DNA of 64,000 nt from Bryobacterales bacterium (GTDB lineage: Bacteria > Acidobacteriota > Terriglobia > Bryobacterales > UBA6623), in NCBI GenBank assembly GCA_963422375.2, contig OY729428.2:3264001-3328000 (forward strand). Reading direction: 5' to 3'. A program made the position numbers and the translations under genes. Shown piece after piece: positions 44,087-53,813 of this stretch (positions are counted from its first letter, which is position 1; the number at the start of each line of letters is the position of its first letter). The notes beneath the pieces are model-generated. The model was not told the origin of the DNA. It worked only from the letters and a program-made list of their open reading frames with translations, and did no database searches.

Positions 44087-45496
44087 ATGACGACGAGACG
44101 AGTGAGCCGACGGACCGTGCTACACGGGGCCGGAGGCGTCGCGGTCGGGCTGCCCCTGCTGGAGGAGATGCTCGTCGCAGGCACCGCGGCGAAGCCCCCG
44201 GCCCGGGCGTTCAATGTATTCTTCGGCCTCGGGATCCCCGCGCCGCTGCAGACCGAGGGCTACGAAGGGGTATTGGAGCCGCTGCGCCCATTGGCCGACA
44301 AGATGCTCGTCCTGCGCGACGTCGACCAGATTCGTTGCGATGAAGCGGGCATCAACGCGCATTTCGACGGTTCCAGCGGAGCCTTCACGGCGGAACCGCC
44401 CCTGGGCGAGGCGCGCTCCGGCGGGCCCTCGATAGACCAAGTGGTCCGCAAGACGTTCTATCCCGAGGGCCAGCCCGCCGACGTGGTCCCGACGCTGGTC
44501 GGCGGCACGTACTTCCGGCGCAGCAGGGTGTGCCGCTACGTCCATAGCTACAACGACGACGGCACGGCCGCGGCTGCGATGCAGGAGAAGCCCCGGGATC
44601 TGTTCGACAGGGTATTCGGGGCGATCCAGTTGCCCGACGGGCAGGGGAACGGACGGCGCCAGCGAATGCGTCGCAGCGTGCTGGATGCGGTGGTGGGCCA
44701 GTACCAGCACTTCACGGGCCCGAACTCCCCGCTGGGGGCCCGGTCGAGGGCCCGGCTGGCCGACCACTTGGACCGCATCCGCGAACTCGAGCAGCGGGCG
44801 TTCGAGGCGCAGCCGAAGGCGGCGGGGCAGCCCCAGCTGCCGCCACGCTCGCGCATCGCTCACGGCGGCTACGCGGATCCCGGCGGCGAGGGGATCGACA
44901 TGGAGCTAGCCGAACTGACAAGCGAATGGCGGCTCATGGCCGACCTCTACGCACTGGCAGTCGAAGTTGACCGAGTGCGGTTCGGGTCGGTGACGTTCCT
45001 CGCTGCCGGCGAGCGCCTGCGCATTACAGGCGACTACGCCTACAACGGTCGCAAGATCTTCCGTTTCGACGACGCCGGCCAGCGCAAGGCCTCGGGCGCG
45101 CAAGCATGCAGCCACGAGTGGTGGCACGACTTCGAGCCGGACGAGCGCAACCCGCAACTGCGGGCGCACGCGCACATGCATCTGCGCGAGATCGCTTACT
45201 TTCTGCGGCGGCTCGACGAGATACGCGACAACAACGGCAAGTCCGCGCTCGAGAACTCGATGGTGACGGTCTCGACCGAGTCGGGCGACGGGCGGCATTC
45301 GGACGTTCGACGCGAGCTGTCGGGTGTCTTTCACGCGATATCCTCGGCCGGTGGACGCTTCAAGACCGGCGAAATCGTCGACGTCGGCGCGGAGGGACTC
45401 GACGTGTATAACACCATGCTCGAATCGATCGGAGCGAGTGGACGCCTAGGCCCTGCCGACCGCGAATTCCGCAGAATCGACGCGATTCTCGCCTAG
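44087..45496 (+). CDS. DUF1552 family protein (Tat-like signal)
   Basis: SRRTVLHGAGGVAVGLPLLEEM, SIDQV and RLADHLDRIRELE; typical partner of DUF1592 genes. Confidence 0.82.
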   Translation: MTTRRVSRRTVLHGAGGVAVGLPLLEEMLVAGTAAKPPARAFNVFFGLGIPAPLQTEGYEGVLEPLRPLADKMLVLRDVDQIRCDEAGINAHFDGSSGAFTAEPPLGEARSGGPSIDQVVRKTFYPEGQPADVVPTLVGGTYFRRSRVCRYVHSYNDDGTAAAAMQEKPRDLFDRVFGAIQLPDGQGNGRRQRMRRSVLDAVVGQYQHFTGPNSPLGARSRARLADHLDRIRELEQRAFEAQPKAAGQPQLPPRSRIAHGGYADPGGEGIDMELAELTSEWRLMADLYALAVEVDRVRFGSVTFLAAGERLRITGDYAYNGRKIFRFDDAGQRKASGAQACSHEWWHDFEPDERNPQLRAHAHMHLREIAYFLRRLDEIRDNNGKSALENSMVTVSTESGDGRHSDVRRELSGVFHAISSAGGRFKTGEIVDVGAEGLDVYNTMLESIGASGRLGPADREFRRIDAILA

Positions 45497-45652
45497 CCGG
45501 CTGAGCGGGCTGTCTCCGGGCGGGATCTCGCGACAGCAGCGCCGCACCCTGCCTCGTGCTCACAGGGCTAATCCCGGCTCAGAGATTCATGCGCCGCTGC
45601 CCGGCCCGGCCCAATCACCCCCAACCGGAGCATGCGCTCTTACGTCTGCACC

Positions 45653-47383
45653 CAGCGGTTCTAAATTTGGCCGTCAAGGGGGTGCGTGAACGTTGTTTCG
45701 GAGGATGAGGTGAATCAGTTGACCGAGAGGTTGCGCTCCCGAGGCCGCCCCGCGGGAGCGTCGGACGGCGGGCAGGGCCGTGGTGCGGCCCGCGTCGCGG
45801 GTCCGCCGAGTGCCGAGCCCGCGGCCGGACGCACTCCGGCGGTAGCCGGCTGCGACGGTCGGCCGCCCGCCGGACGCTGCCGGCACGAAACTGCGCGGAG
45901 TCCAGGCCCCGGCCACCCGGCCGCCTGGCAGCCCGGAGGCGCGCGTCCGGCGCGCACCGCCGCCAGCAGCGTCGGCCGGTCCGGGAAGCGGAACCAGCGC
46001 AGCGCGACCTGCAGCTCCCGGAACAGGGCGCGGCGCGTGACCAGCTGGCGCCGGCACTGCTGCCGCAGCGCGCAGACGCACTGCAGCACGGCGTGGAGCG
46101 CGAAGGCGAACAGGTTCGGCACGGCCGGCACGTTGGCCGGCACGTCCTTGCCGTGCCCGAAGTTGCGCTTGCAGTTGCGGCCGTGCCGCGCCAGGCAGTT
46201 GAAGCCCTCGTTCTCGATCTTCCAGCGCGCCCGGCCGGCCCGCGCGATCCGCTCCGCGTTGTCCGCGGTGACCGCGAGACCGGTGAAGAAGCTGCTGGCG
46301 CAGGTGCGCTTGCCGTCGCGCTCCACGGCGTACTCGATCCAAGTGCCCCGCAGGGCGTCGCGGCCCTGGCGCAGGGGCGCCGCGGCCGTCCGGCGAAAAC
46401 GGTGCCGCTCGCACCGCTTGCCCTTCCCGCGCCGCGGCAGCCAGCCGGTCGAGCGCACCGCGCCGCTCGCCCGCCGGCTCTCCGGCACCTCGTGCAAGTG
46501 CTTGCGGGATCCGGGCTTGCATACCCGGATGCAGTCCATGCCGGCCGCCGCGGCGGCCTCGCAGAGCGGCTGGCATCAGTACAGGTCGTCGCCCGGCAGG
46601 ACGGGGCGGCAGGCCTGCAGCCAGGCGCCGCGAGCGGCGAGCCAGCGCTTGGCGGCGTTGCGCTCGCCGTCCCGCTTGCGCTCGTCCTCGCTCATGTCGG
46701 CGCGGGTCGCGGCCGCGTCCTGCTGCGGGCACGCGAACTCGGGCATCAGCGGCAGGACGGGGGCGTGGCCGTCGGCCACCGCGGTGGCCGACGGCCATGG
46801 CGTGGAAGTGATGCGGCCGGCGCTCGCTGCCGACGCGCCGCACCGAGCACTGCGGGCCATGCACCCTGTCGGAGCGGTGGAACCGGACGCCGTCCGGAGC
46901 CGCCGGCAGGCGCTCGTCGAGGCGCTGGAAGGGCTCGAGCGCGCCCTGCGCGGCCACGGTTGCGAGGCACGGCCGGAACAGCGGGTCGCACGCGGCCGGG
47001 TCGCGGTCGTCGAGCAAGTTGCGGATCCGGTTGTCGCAGGGGATGCGGCCCGCGCCGCACAGGGTCCGGCAGTTGCAGCGGGAGCCGTTCCGCTCCATGC
47101 GCCGCTGGAACGCGAGCAACGACTCGCACCGGGTGAAGAAGCAGGCCGGGGCGCACCAGGGCGCAACCGGCGGCGTCGCTGACCTCGTAGCGCTTGTTGC
47201 GACCGTCGCGCCGGTCGGGCCGGCCGGCGGCCGTCTCGCGGAAGGCGCTCAGCAGCACGTCCAGGACATGGGGCATTCACCCTAGCTCACAAATTCCGCA
47301 AGCAAAAGTCGAGTGCCAGACTGCCTTCGACACCTTTCTCAGACACTCTGGAAATCCCAAAATGCCCAAATTGAGAATCGCTG
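45653..47383 (-). mobile_element. ISNCY-like DDE insertion sequence, copy 2 (1731 bp; transposase pseudogene, start ~47276)
   Basis: Imperfect IRs CAGCGATTCTCAATTTGG / CAGCGGTTCTAAATTTGG. Homologous to copy 1. In-frame TGA at 46576 and frameshifts. No target duplication. Confidence 0.88.
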
Positions 47384-47770
47384 ACTTCCAGCACGAAGTC
47401 CGGAGCCTTGCCCTCCTCCCACACGAAGTACGACATGCGGTCGCCTCCGCGGACGCCCAAGGCCACCATCACGTCCGGCACGACCCTCTTCTTAGGCTTG
47501 TCCTTGACGTAGTACACCAGCAGGTTGTTGGCCACCAGCACGTCCTCGCGCCCGCGGAAGTGATGCCTCAGCATCAACGTGGCATCCCTATTCACCTTTT
47601 CCTGGAGGGTGTTGTCCGCCATCGGCCGACCGTCCGAGCAAGGGTACTGCACTTCGGCGGCTGCAGGTGCCGGCCTGCGCCTCCTCCGGAGGGGCGGGCC
47701 CGTCGGTGGGATGCGCCCGCGGCCCGCGGTCAACGGCACCTGTCTGCTCAATCTGCTTGCCGGGCATGGG
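47384..47770 (-). pseudogene. Uma2 (DUF820) family endonuclease truncated by the IS
   Basis: YPCSDGRPMADN, NLLVYY..PDVMVALGV..SYFVWEEGKAPDFVLEV; the frame is cut exactly at the IS end (47383). Confidence 0.85.
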
Positions 47771-48590
47771 ACCCATCGACGCGCCGCAGCGAGCCCGCCA
47801 ATGGCGGGCCGGGAGACAAGCAAGCCCGGGGCGGGCTCGGGATCAGCGAGCGACCCCTTGGGCTCGGCGACCGCCCCTAGCGGGGCAGCGGCCGCTGCCG
47901 AGTGCGGGGTTGCCGCGGTGGCGCTCTGCCGCTTCGCAGCCCGAATCCGCGTGGTGACGGCGTGCGGACCGCAAGGGATCCGGCGACCCCGCAGTCGCGA
48001 GCGACAGCGTTCCGCGCATGGATCCACATGGAGGCGGCTAGCTGTTTGGGTATGTCATGCCTATTCCGAAGGCAAGAAGCGACGATCCGGCGGCGGTGCC
48101 GAATCGGCAGGTGACGCGCTGGAGAGTCAGGCCTGCTCAAGGGGGCCCTAGATTCGGGTGCGAGAACCCGCGAGCTCGTTGGTCGCCCTCAGGCGGTGCC
48201 AACCTCAGCTCTCCTGCAAGCGGGCATGCGAGTGCGAGCAGGCTGTCTTCGGAAATCGCTCTGTTGGACCGTCGCTCTCCGACCGCGAGCCAGCGGCGAA
48301 GCCGGCCTCAAGTCCTGGTTGCGAGCACACACCCGGTGGCACCGCCCTGCGGATTCGTAATCAGTTGACCCGGGCCCTCCCAGCGGCGCTCTACGACCCG
48401 GGCCGCGGCCTGCAGGGCTCAGGGAGAGCATTCGCTTGCCCGGACGGCCGACGCGAGACCCTCGCGCCCGGAAGCTCGCGACAGAAGCCGGGCCCTCGGC
48501 CCCGTCATAACTCGTGCCGTCAAGCCGACGCCGCCGGCACACCCTAGACTGGTTGTTGCCAGTCGGCAGACTCAACGGCTGGAGCGGCGC

Positions 48591-49766
48591 GTGAGGATCC
48601 TAGTTTCCGCGGGCGAGGCGTCCGGAGACCGCTACGCGTCGTGCCTCGTGCGGGCTCTGCGGCCTTGGATCCCCCACGCGCGATTCGCCGGCTGCGCCGG
48701 GCCACGCATGCGCGACCAAGGAGTCGAACCCCTCGTCAAGACGGAAGACCTCGCGGTCGTGGGCCTGTTCGAGGTACTGCGCCACGTGCCCCGGATCCAC
48801 GGCATGTTCCGACGCGTCGCCAAGGAGCTCGCGCGGCACCCTCCGGATCTCGCGATCCTCGTCGACGCTCCGGACTTCAACCTCAGACTGGCGGCTCGCC
48901 TCCGCCGGGCGGGCGTGCCAGTCGCGTACTACGTGGCCCCGCAAGTATGGGCGTGGCGTCGCTGGCGCGTCCGGCAGATCCGGAAGCTCGTGGACCAGCT
49001 GCTCGTGATCTTCCCGTTCGAGGAAGCGTTCTTCCGAGAGCGCGGCATCGAGGCGTCGTTTGTCGGTCACCCGCTAAGCGACATCGCACGGGTGTCGACG
49101 AACCGAGGCACCTTCTTCAGTCAGCACGGGCTCGACCCGTCCAGGAAGCTGGTGGCACTGTTGCCCGGCAGCAGGAAGAGCGAGTCACTCCGCCACCTAC
49201 CAGTGCTGCAGGACGCCGCGGAACGGCTGGCAGTGGCCGGGATCCGCCAGTTCGTCCTGCCGGCCTCGGCCACCACGGGCAAGCCCTTCTTCGAGGCTCG
49301 CTGGCGGGGGCGCCGCATAAGGATCGTGGAAGGGCAGGCGCAGGACTGCCTCGGCCATGCCGACGTTGCCCTGGTCGCGAGCGGAAGCGCCACCGTCGAG
49401 ACGGCGATCCTCGGCACGCCAATGGTGACCTTCTACAAGCTGGCCTGGCCGAGCTACTACCTTGCCAAGCTGCTGGTCGACGTGCCGTATTACAGCATGG
49501 TCAACATCCTGGCCGGGAAGCCCGCCGTCACCGAATGCATCCAAGGCGACTGCAGCGGCGCGAAACTGGCCAGCGAAGCCATTCGTCTACTTGATAGAGG
49601 GACCGAGAAATGCCGCATGACCGAAGATCTAGCCCGCGTGAGCGCGATGCTGCGAACGGAGGTCCCCGCCTCCGAGCGCGCCGCGCAGGTGATCGCAGAT
49701 CGGTTCGCGGTTCGACTCGCCGCGCCGCAGCGGTTGCGGCCGCGCTTCTCCTTGCCGCCGGCCTGA
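48591..49766 (+). CDS. lpxB: Lipid-A-disaccharide synthase
   Basis: SAGEASGD, VDAPDFN, YYVAPQVWAWR, LLPGSRKSE and SGSATVE. Confidence 0.95.
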   Translation: MRILVSAGEASGDRYASCLVRALRPWIPHARFAGCAGPRMRDQGVEPLVKTEDLAVVGLFEVLRHVPRIHGMFRRVAKELARHPPDLAILVDAPDFNLRLAARLRRAGVPVAYYVAPQVWAWRRWRVRQIRKLVDQLLVIFPFEEAFFRERGIEASFVGHPLSDIARVSTNRGTFFSQHGLDPSRKLVALLPGSRKSESLRHLPVLQDAAERLAVAGIRQFVLPASATTGKPFFEARWRGRRIRIVEGQAQDCLGHADVALVASGSATVETAILGTPMVTFYKLAWPSYYLAKLLVDVPYYSMVNILAGKPAVTECIQGDCSGAKLASEAIRLLDRGTEKCRMTEDLARVSAMLRTEVPASERAAQVIADRFAVRLAAPQRLRPRFSLPPA

Positions 49767-51703
49767 CGCCGCGCCCCGCGCTGGCTCAGGATCCGGACAC
49801 CGATCCGCTCATCGATGTGGAGCACTACGAGATCGAGGTCCGCGTGGATCTCGGCGCCCAGCTGCTCGAGGCCACCGCCGCGGTGCACTTCGTGCCTCGC
49901 GACCCGGCCAAGACCGCCCTCTTCGAACTGCACGGGGCTCTCAACGTGGACTGGGCGGAAGACACGGAAGGCGAGGACCTCTACCCGCATCGCGGCCCGG
50001 GTGACTCGACGGTGAGAGTGACCTTCCCCGAGGCGCTGCCGGTGGACGAACGGCACACCGTGCGGTTCAAGTACGGCGGCAGGCTGGTCGGATACGAGGA
50101 TTCGCCGGTCGAGGGCTACGCCGTCGCCGAGATTGCCTCCGACCGCGCAATCCTGCTCTATGCCGGCCGCTGGTTCCCGGTCAACGGCTACGGCGCGGAC
50201 CGCTTCACTGCGGACATCCGGGTCACGGTCCCGGAGGGCATGACGGTGCTCGGAAGCGGCATCGGTGTCCGCTCCGAGGCCATGGAGGGCATCGAGCACC
50301 GGTTCGAATTCAACTACGCCTCGTTCCCGGGCACGGTCGCCGTCGTCAGCGAGAAACCCGTGCAAGCCGGGTCCGGCAGCGGGTCGAGTTCCGTCTACAT
50401 GCCGGGAGCCAGCGAAGAACTGGCCTTGGAGTACGGGGAGACCGCGGCCGAGATGGTCGATTTCTACACAGACCTGTACGGGGCCCCGTACTCGAAGGCG
50501 CTCGCGATCATCGAAATGGGGGAGTTCGCGCCCAACGGGTACTGGGCGCCCGGGATGGTCCTGATGAGCCCGTACGGGCGCAAGGAGACCGTGAACCGGG
50601 AACTGCTGGGCCGGCTGGTGGCGAACCAGTGGTGGGGCAGCCTGGTGGGTGCCGGCAACCGCAACCACCTCTGGCTCGTGGACGGTGTCGCGCAGTACTC
50701 GGCCCTGTTGGAGATCGAGGAGTCCGAGGGCGAGGAAGCCTTCACCAAAGCGCTCGGGAACACCCGGATCAACGCCCTGACGTTCGACGAGGTCCCGCTG
50801 CGCCAGTCCAGCCGGGTCGCGGACCTCTCGCCGCAGATGGAATCGCTGACCGCAGCGCGGGGCGCGATGGTACTGCACATGCTGCGCTGGGGAGTCGGCG
50901 ACGAGGTGTATTTCCAAACGTTGCGGGAACTGGTGGCGGACCGCACCTGGGGCACGCTGACCACGGACGCGTTCCGCGAGCTGTTCGAGACGGCGTCCGG
51001 AAAAGACCTCGACGGGTTCTTCCTGCAGTGGACGGAGACGAACATCACGCCGGAGTTCGAGCAGGAATACACCATTTACCGGCTGGGCGGCAACGAGGGC
51101 TTCCGGGTGATAGGCAAGATCAACCAAGACATGGACACGTTCAGCATGCCGGTCGAGGTCAAAGTCGAGACGGAGGGCGAGCCGGAATTCCACGTGGTGC
51201 AGGTCTCGGGCAGCTCGTCAGACTTCGCCTTGGAGACGTTCGGGAAGCCGCGGCAGGTCGTCCTGGATCCGAACCACCGGGTATTGCGCTGGGACGACGA
51301 CACGCGCGTGCGGGTCGCCATCCGGCGGGGCGAGCAGCTGATCGAACTGGGCTACTACTCGGACGCCCTTGTCGAATACTCCAAGGCGCTGGACATCAAC
51401 CGCTTCAGCTCGCTCGCGCACTACCGCACCGGCGAGGCGATGTTCCTGAGGAACAACTACCAAGCGGCCGCCAACGAGTTCCGCGAGGCGCTGAACGGCG
51501 ACCGCGACCCGGAATGGGTCGAGGTCTGGTCTCACATCAATCTAGGCAAGATCTTCGACATCACCGGCCAGCGCGAGCGCGCGGTGAACGAGTACCAGCT
51601 CGCCATCCGGACGCGGGACAACACCCAGAACGCCCAGGACGAGGCGAGCAAGTACCTCGCGGCCCCGTACAGGCGACCGCGGCCCAAGGAACGGACCTAC
51701 TGA
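49610..51703 (+). CDS. Secreted M1-aminopeptidase-fold + TPR protein lacking zinc ligands
   Basis: M1-like DVEHYEIEV, QWWG, RGAMVLHMLR..VGD and FFLQW motifs; C-terminal TPRs. HExxH is replaced by RLVAN. Start is uncertain (overlaps lpxB). Confidence 0.8.
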   Translation: MPHDRRSSPRERDAANGGPRLRARRAGDRRSVRGSTRRAAAVAAALLLAAGLTPRPALAQDPDTDPLIDVEHYEIEVRVDLGAQLLEATAAVHFVPRDPAKTALFELHGALNVDWAEDTEGEDLYPHRGPGDSTVRVTFPEALPVDERHTVRFKYGGRLVGYEDSPVEGYAVAEIASDRAILLYAGRWFPVNGYGADRFTADIRVTVPEGMTVLGSGIGVRSEAMEGIEHRFEFNYASFPGTVAVVSEKPVQAGSGSGSSSVYMPGASEELALEYGETAAEMVDFYTDLYGAPYSKALAIIEMGEFAPNGYWAPGMVLMSPYGRKETVNRELLGRLVANQWWGSLVGAGNRNHLWLVDGVAQYSALLEIEESEGEEAFTKALGNTRINALTFDEVPLRQSSRVADLSPQMESLTAARGAMVLHMLRWGVGDEVYFQTLRELVADRTWGTLTTDAFRELFETASGKDLDGFFLQWTETNITPEFEQEYTIYRLGGNEGFRVIGKINQDMDTFSMPVEVKVETEGEPEFHVVQVSGSSSDFALETFGKPRQVVLDPNHRVLRWDDDTRVRVAIRRGEQLIELGYYSDALVEYSKALDINRFSSLAHYRTGEAMFLRNNYQAAANEFREALNGDRDPEWVEVWSHINLGKIFDITGQRERAVNEYQLAIRTRDNTQNAQDEASKYLAAPYRRPRPKERTY

Positions 51704-51716
51704 GCCAGAGCCGGTC

Positions 51717-53171
51717 TCAGTACTTCGGCACGGCGGGATCGACCTCGTCGCTCCAGCGTAGGATGCCGCCGGCCAGGTTGGTCACGCGGCTGAATCCCAT
51801 GTCCTTGAGAAGGCGCTGGGCCTTGCCGCTGCGCGCGCCGCTCTTGCAGTGGATAACGATGTCGGCCGTGGCGTCGAGCTCGTGGACGTGCTGCGGCAGG
51901 GTACCGAGCGGGATCAGCGTCGTGCCCGGAATCCGTGCGATCTCGAACTCGTGCGGCTCGCGCACGTCCAGCACGAACACGTCATCGCCCGCGTCGATGC
52001 GCGATTTCAGCTGGGTCGGGGCGATCTCGGGGAGCCGCTCGCGGGCCGCTTCCTCGGCCGCCTGCTGGGGGATGCCGCAGAACTGCTGGTAATCGATCAG
52101 CTCGCGCACGGTCGGGTTGTCCCCGCATACAGGGCATTCCGGGTTCCGGCGCAGCCGCAGCTCGCGGAATCGCATGCCGAGGGCGTCATAAAGCAGCAAG
52201 CGCCCGCTGAGCGACTCGCCCTTGCCCAGGACGATCTTGACGGTCTCGGTGGCCTGGATGCTGCCGATCACGGCCGGAAGAATGCCCAGAACCCCGCCCT
52301 CCGCACAGCTCGGGACCAAGCCCGGCGGAGGCGGTTCCGGGTAGAGGCAGCGGTAGCAAGGGCCGCCCAGGTGATGGAATACGGTCGCCTGACCTTCGAA
52401 GCGGAAGATAGACCCGTAGGCGTTGGGCTTCCCAAGCAGCACGCAGGCGTCGTTGACGAGGTACCTCGTCGGAAAGTTGTCGGTGCCGTCGACCACCAAA
52501 TCGTACCCGGAGATGATTTCGAACGCGTTCGAACTCGTCAGAGCGACTTCGAACTTGTCGATAATGAGGAGGGGGTTGATGTCCTGCATCGTCTCCGCCG
52601 CAGAATCGATCTTCGGTCGGCCGACGTCCCCGGTGCCATGGATCACCTGGCGCTGCAGGTTGGTCTCGTCGACCACGTCGAAATCGACAATCCCGATCCG
52701 CCCGATGCCGGCCGCGGCTAGGTACAGGCCGAGGGGAGCCCCCAGCCCCCCCGTCCCCACCATCAGTACCTTGGCGCCCTTCAGCTTCCGCTGGCCGTCC
52801 AAGCCCACCTCCGGGAGAATCAGATGCCGGCTGTAACGCAGGATTTCCTGGTTCGAAAGCTCCGGCAGGCCGACCGCGGGCGCTAGCCTCGCAGCGGCGG
52901 ATCCGCCGGCGATCGACGGAACGATGCTGATCGTGCTGGTCGGCTCCAGCGCAGTGTTCTCCCGGTCCAGATAGCGGATGTCCTCGTCATCTACGTAGAC
53001 GTTGACGAAGCTCCGCAGGCGGCCCTGATCGTTGAACAGGTTGCGCTTGATCTGCGGGTGCGAGGAAACCAGGTGCTCGAGGGCCTCGCCGACGGTGGCC
53101 GCGCTGACTTCGACGGCGTCCGAACCGCCGGCAAACTGCCGCAGGGGCGTGGGAATGAGGATCGTAGCCAT
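51717..53171 (-). CDS. moeB: MoaD/ThiS-MoeB-rhodanese fusion (MoeZ-like sulfur-carrier adenylyltransferase)
   Basis: Ubl domain ending IVPSIAGG; RYSRHL, GTGGLG, NLQRQ, CYRC, SCAEGG and CPVC motifs; rhodanese CKSGARS. Confidence 0.92.
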   Translation of the reverse strand: MATILIPTPLRQFAGGSDAVEVSAATVGEALEHLVSSHPQIKRNLFNDQGRLRSFVNVYVDDEDIRYLDRENTALEPTSTISIVPSIAGGSAAARLAPAVGLPELSNQEILRYSRHLILPEVGLDGQRKLKGAKVLMVGTGGLGAPLGLYLAAAGIGRIGIVDFDVVDETNLQRQVIHGTGDVGRPKIDSAAETMQDINPLLIIDKFEVALTSSNAFEIISGYDLVVDGTDNFPTRYLVNDACVLLGKPNAYGSIFRFEGQATVFHHLGGPCYRCLYPEPPPPGLVPSCAEGGVLGILPAVIGSIQATETVKIVLGKGESLSGRLLLYDALGMRFRELRLRRNPECPVCGDNPTVRELIDYQQFCGIPQQAAEEAARERLPEIAPTQLKSRIDAGDDVFVLDVREPHEFEIARIPGTTLIPLGTLPQHVHELDATADIVIHCKSGARSGKAQRLLKDMGFSRVTNLAGGILRWSDEVDPAVPKY

Positions 53172-53185
53172 GACCTTCTCCTCTC

Positions 53186-53214
53186 ATGCTAGCAATCACC
53201 CTATTCCCAGTCAA
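53186..53214 (-). promoter_or_regulatory. Putative sigma70 promoter of moeB
   Basis: TTGACT-17 nt-TAGCAT with extended TG; RBS GAGGAG/AAGG. Confidence 0.5.
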
Positions 53215-53524
53215 CAAACTAGAGATTGACGGGGGCACCCGCGCGGCGGCGGTCCGGCAGGCGGCGGAAGCCTCTCGGGGAGTAGCTTGCCCGACCCGAA
53301 TGCGGCGTGCCGGAGCGGGCGGCCGGTCCCGATTCAGGGGCGCGTACGATGTGCTGGCACCACTTGGAGGACAGCTACCTCAACCGGACGGATCGTCCTG
53401 AGACCCGGCTGGGCACCGCTGCCCTGCACGGAGCGCCTTCGGCAGCGCCTTCCCGATGGCTAAGGCGCGTCTGCCGGCAAAGAGATTAGCCAAGATCGGA
53501 TCGGACGGCTGCAAGACGCGCCCG

Positions 53525-53797
53525 TTAATTCTTGCGATTGCCCCGCTCGGTTGAACCGCGACCGTAGCGATTGCTAGCGCCCTCGGTCGAATGCCGGCTC
53601 CCGTACCGGCCGTGCGGATTGTTGACCGAATCGGGCGAATGGCGGCTGCCGTATCGCCCGTACGGATTCGCTACCGAGTTCGGATCGGAGCGGTTCGCGT
53701 TCAGATTGCCGAGAAACTTCCCGTCGGAACTGTAGACTTCAGGAGACTGCGCGCCGAGGACGAGGGCTGAAATAAAGAGAAGCAGGGAGACTCTCAT
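53525..53797 (-). CDS. Small secreted protein with NP(Y/H)GRYGSRHS repeats
   Basis: Signal peptide, DGKFLGNL and 2-3 tandem repeats; 90 aa. Confidence 0.7.
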   Translation of the reverse strand: MRVSLLLFISALVLGAQSPEVYSSDGKFLGNLNANRSDPNSVANPYGRYGSRHSPDSVNNPHGRYGSRHSTEGASNRYGRGSTERGNRKN

Positions 53798-53813
53798 CTC
53801 GCATCGTTTCCAC

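Noticed and set aside
46576..46578. In-frame TGA in ISNCY copy 2 aligned to TGC in copy 1
   Set aside because: It lies in a multiply broken transposase, so a simple nonsense mutation is the likely explanation.
53276..53410. GGGGAGTAGC resembling a yybP-ykoY riboswitch or tRNA 5' end
   Set aside because: No cloverleaf or remaining riboswitch elements could be fitted, and there is no downstream gene on that strand.
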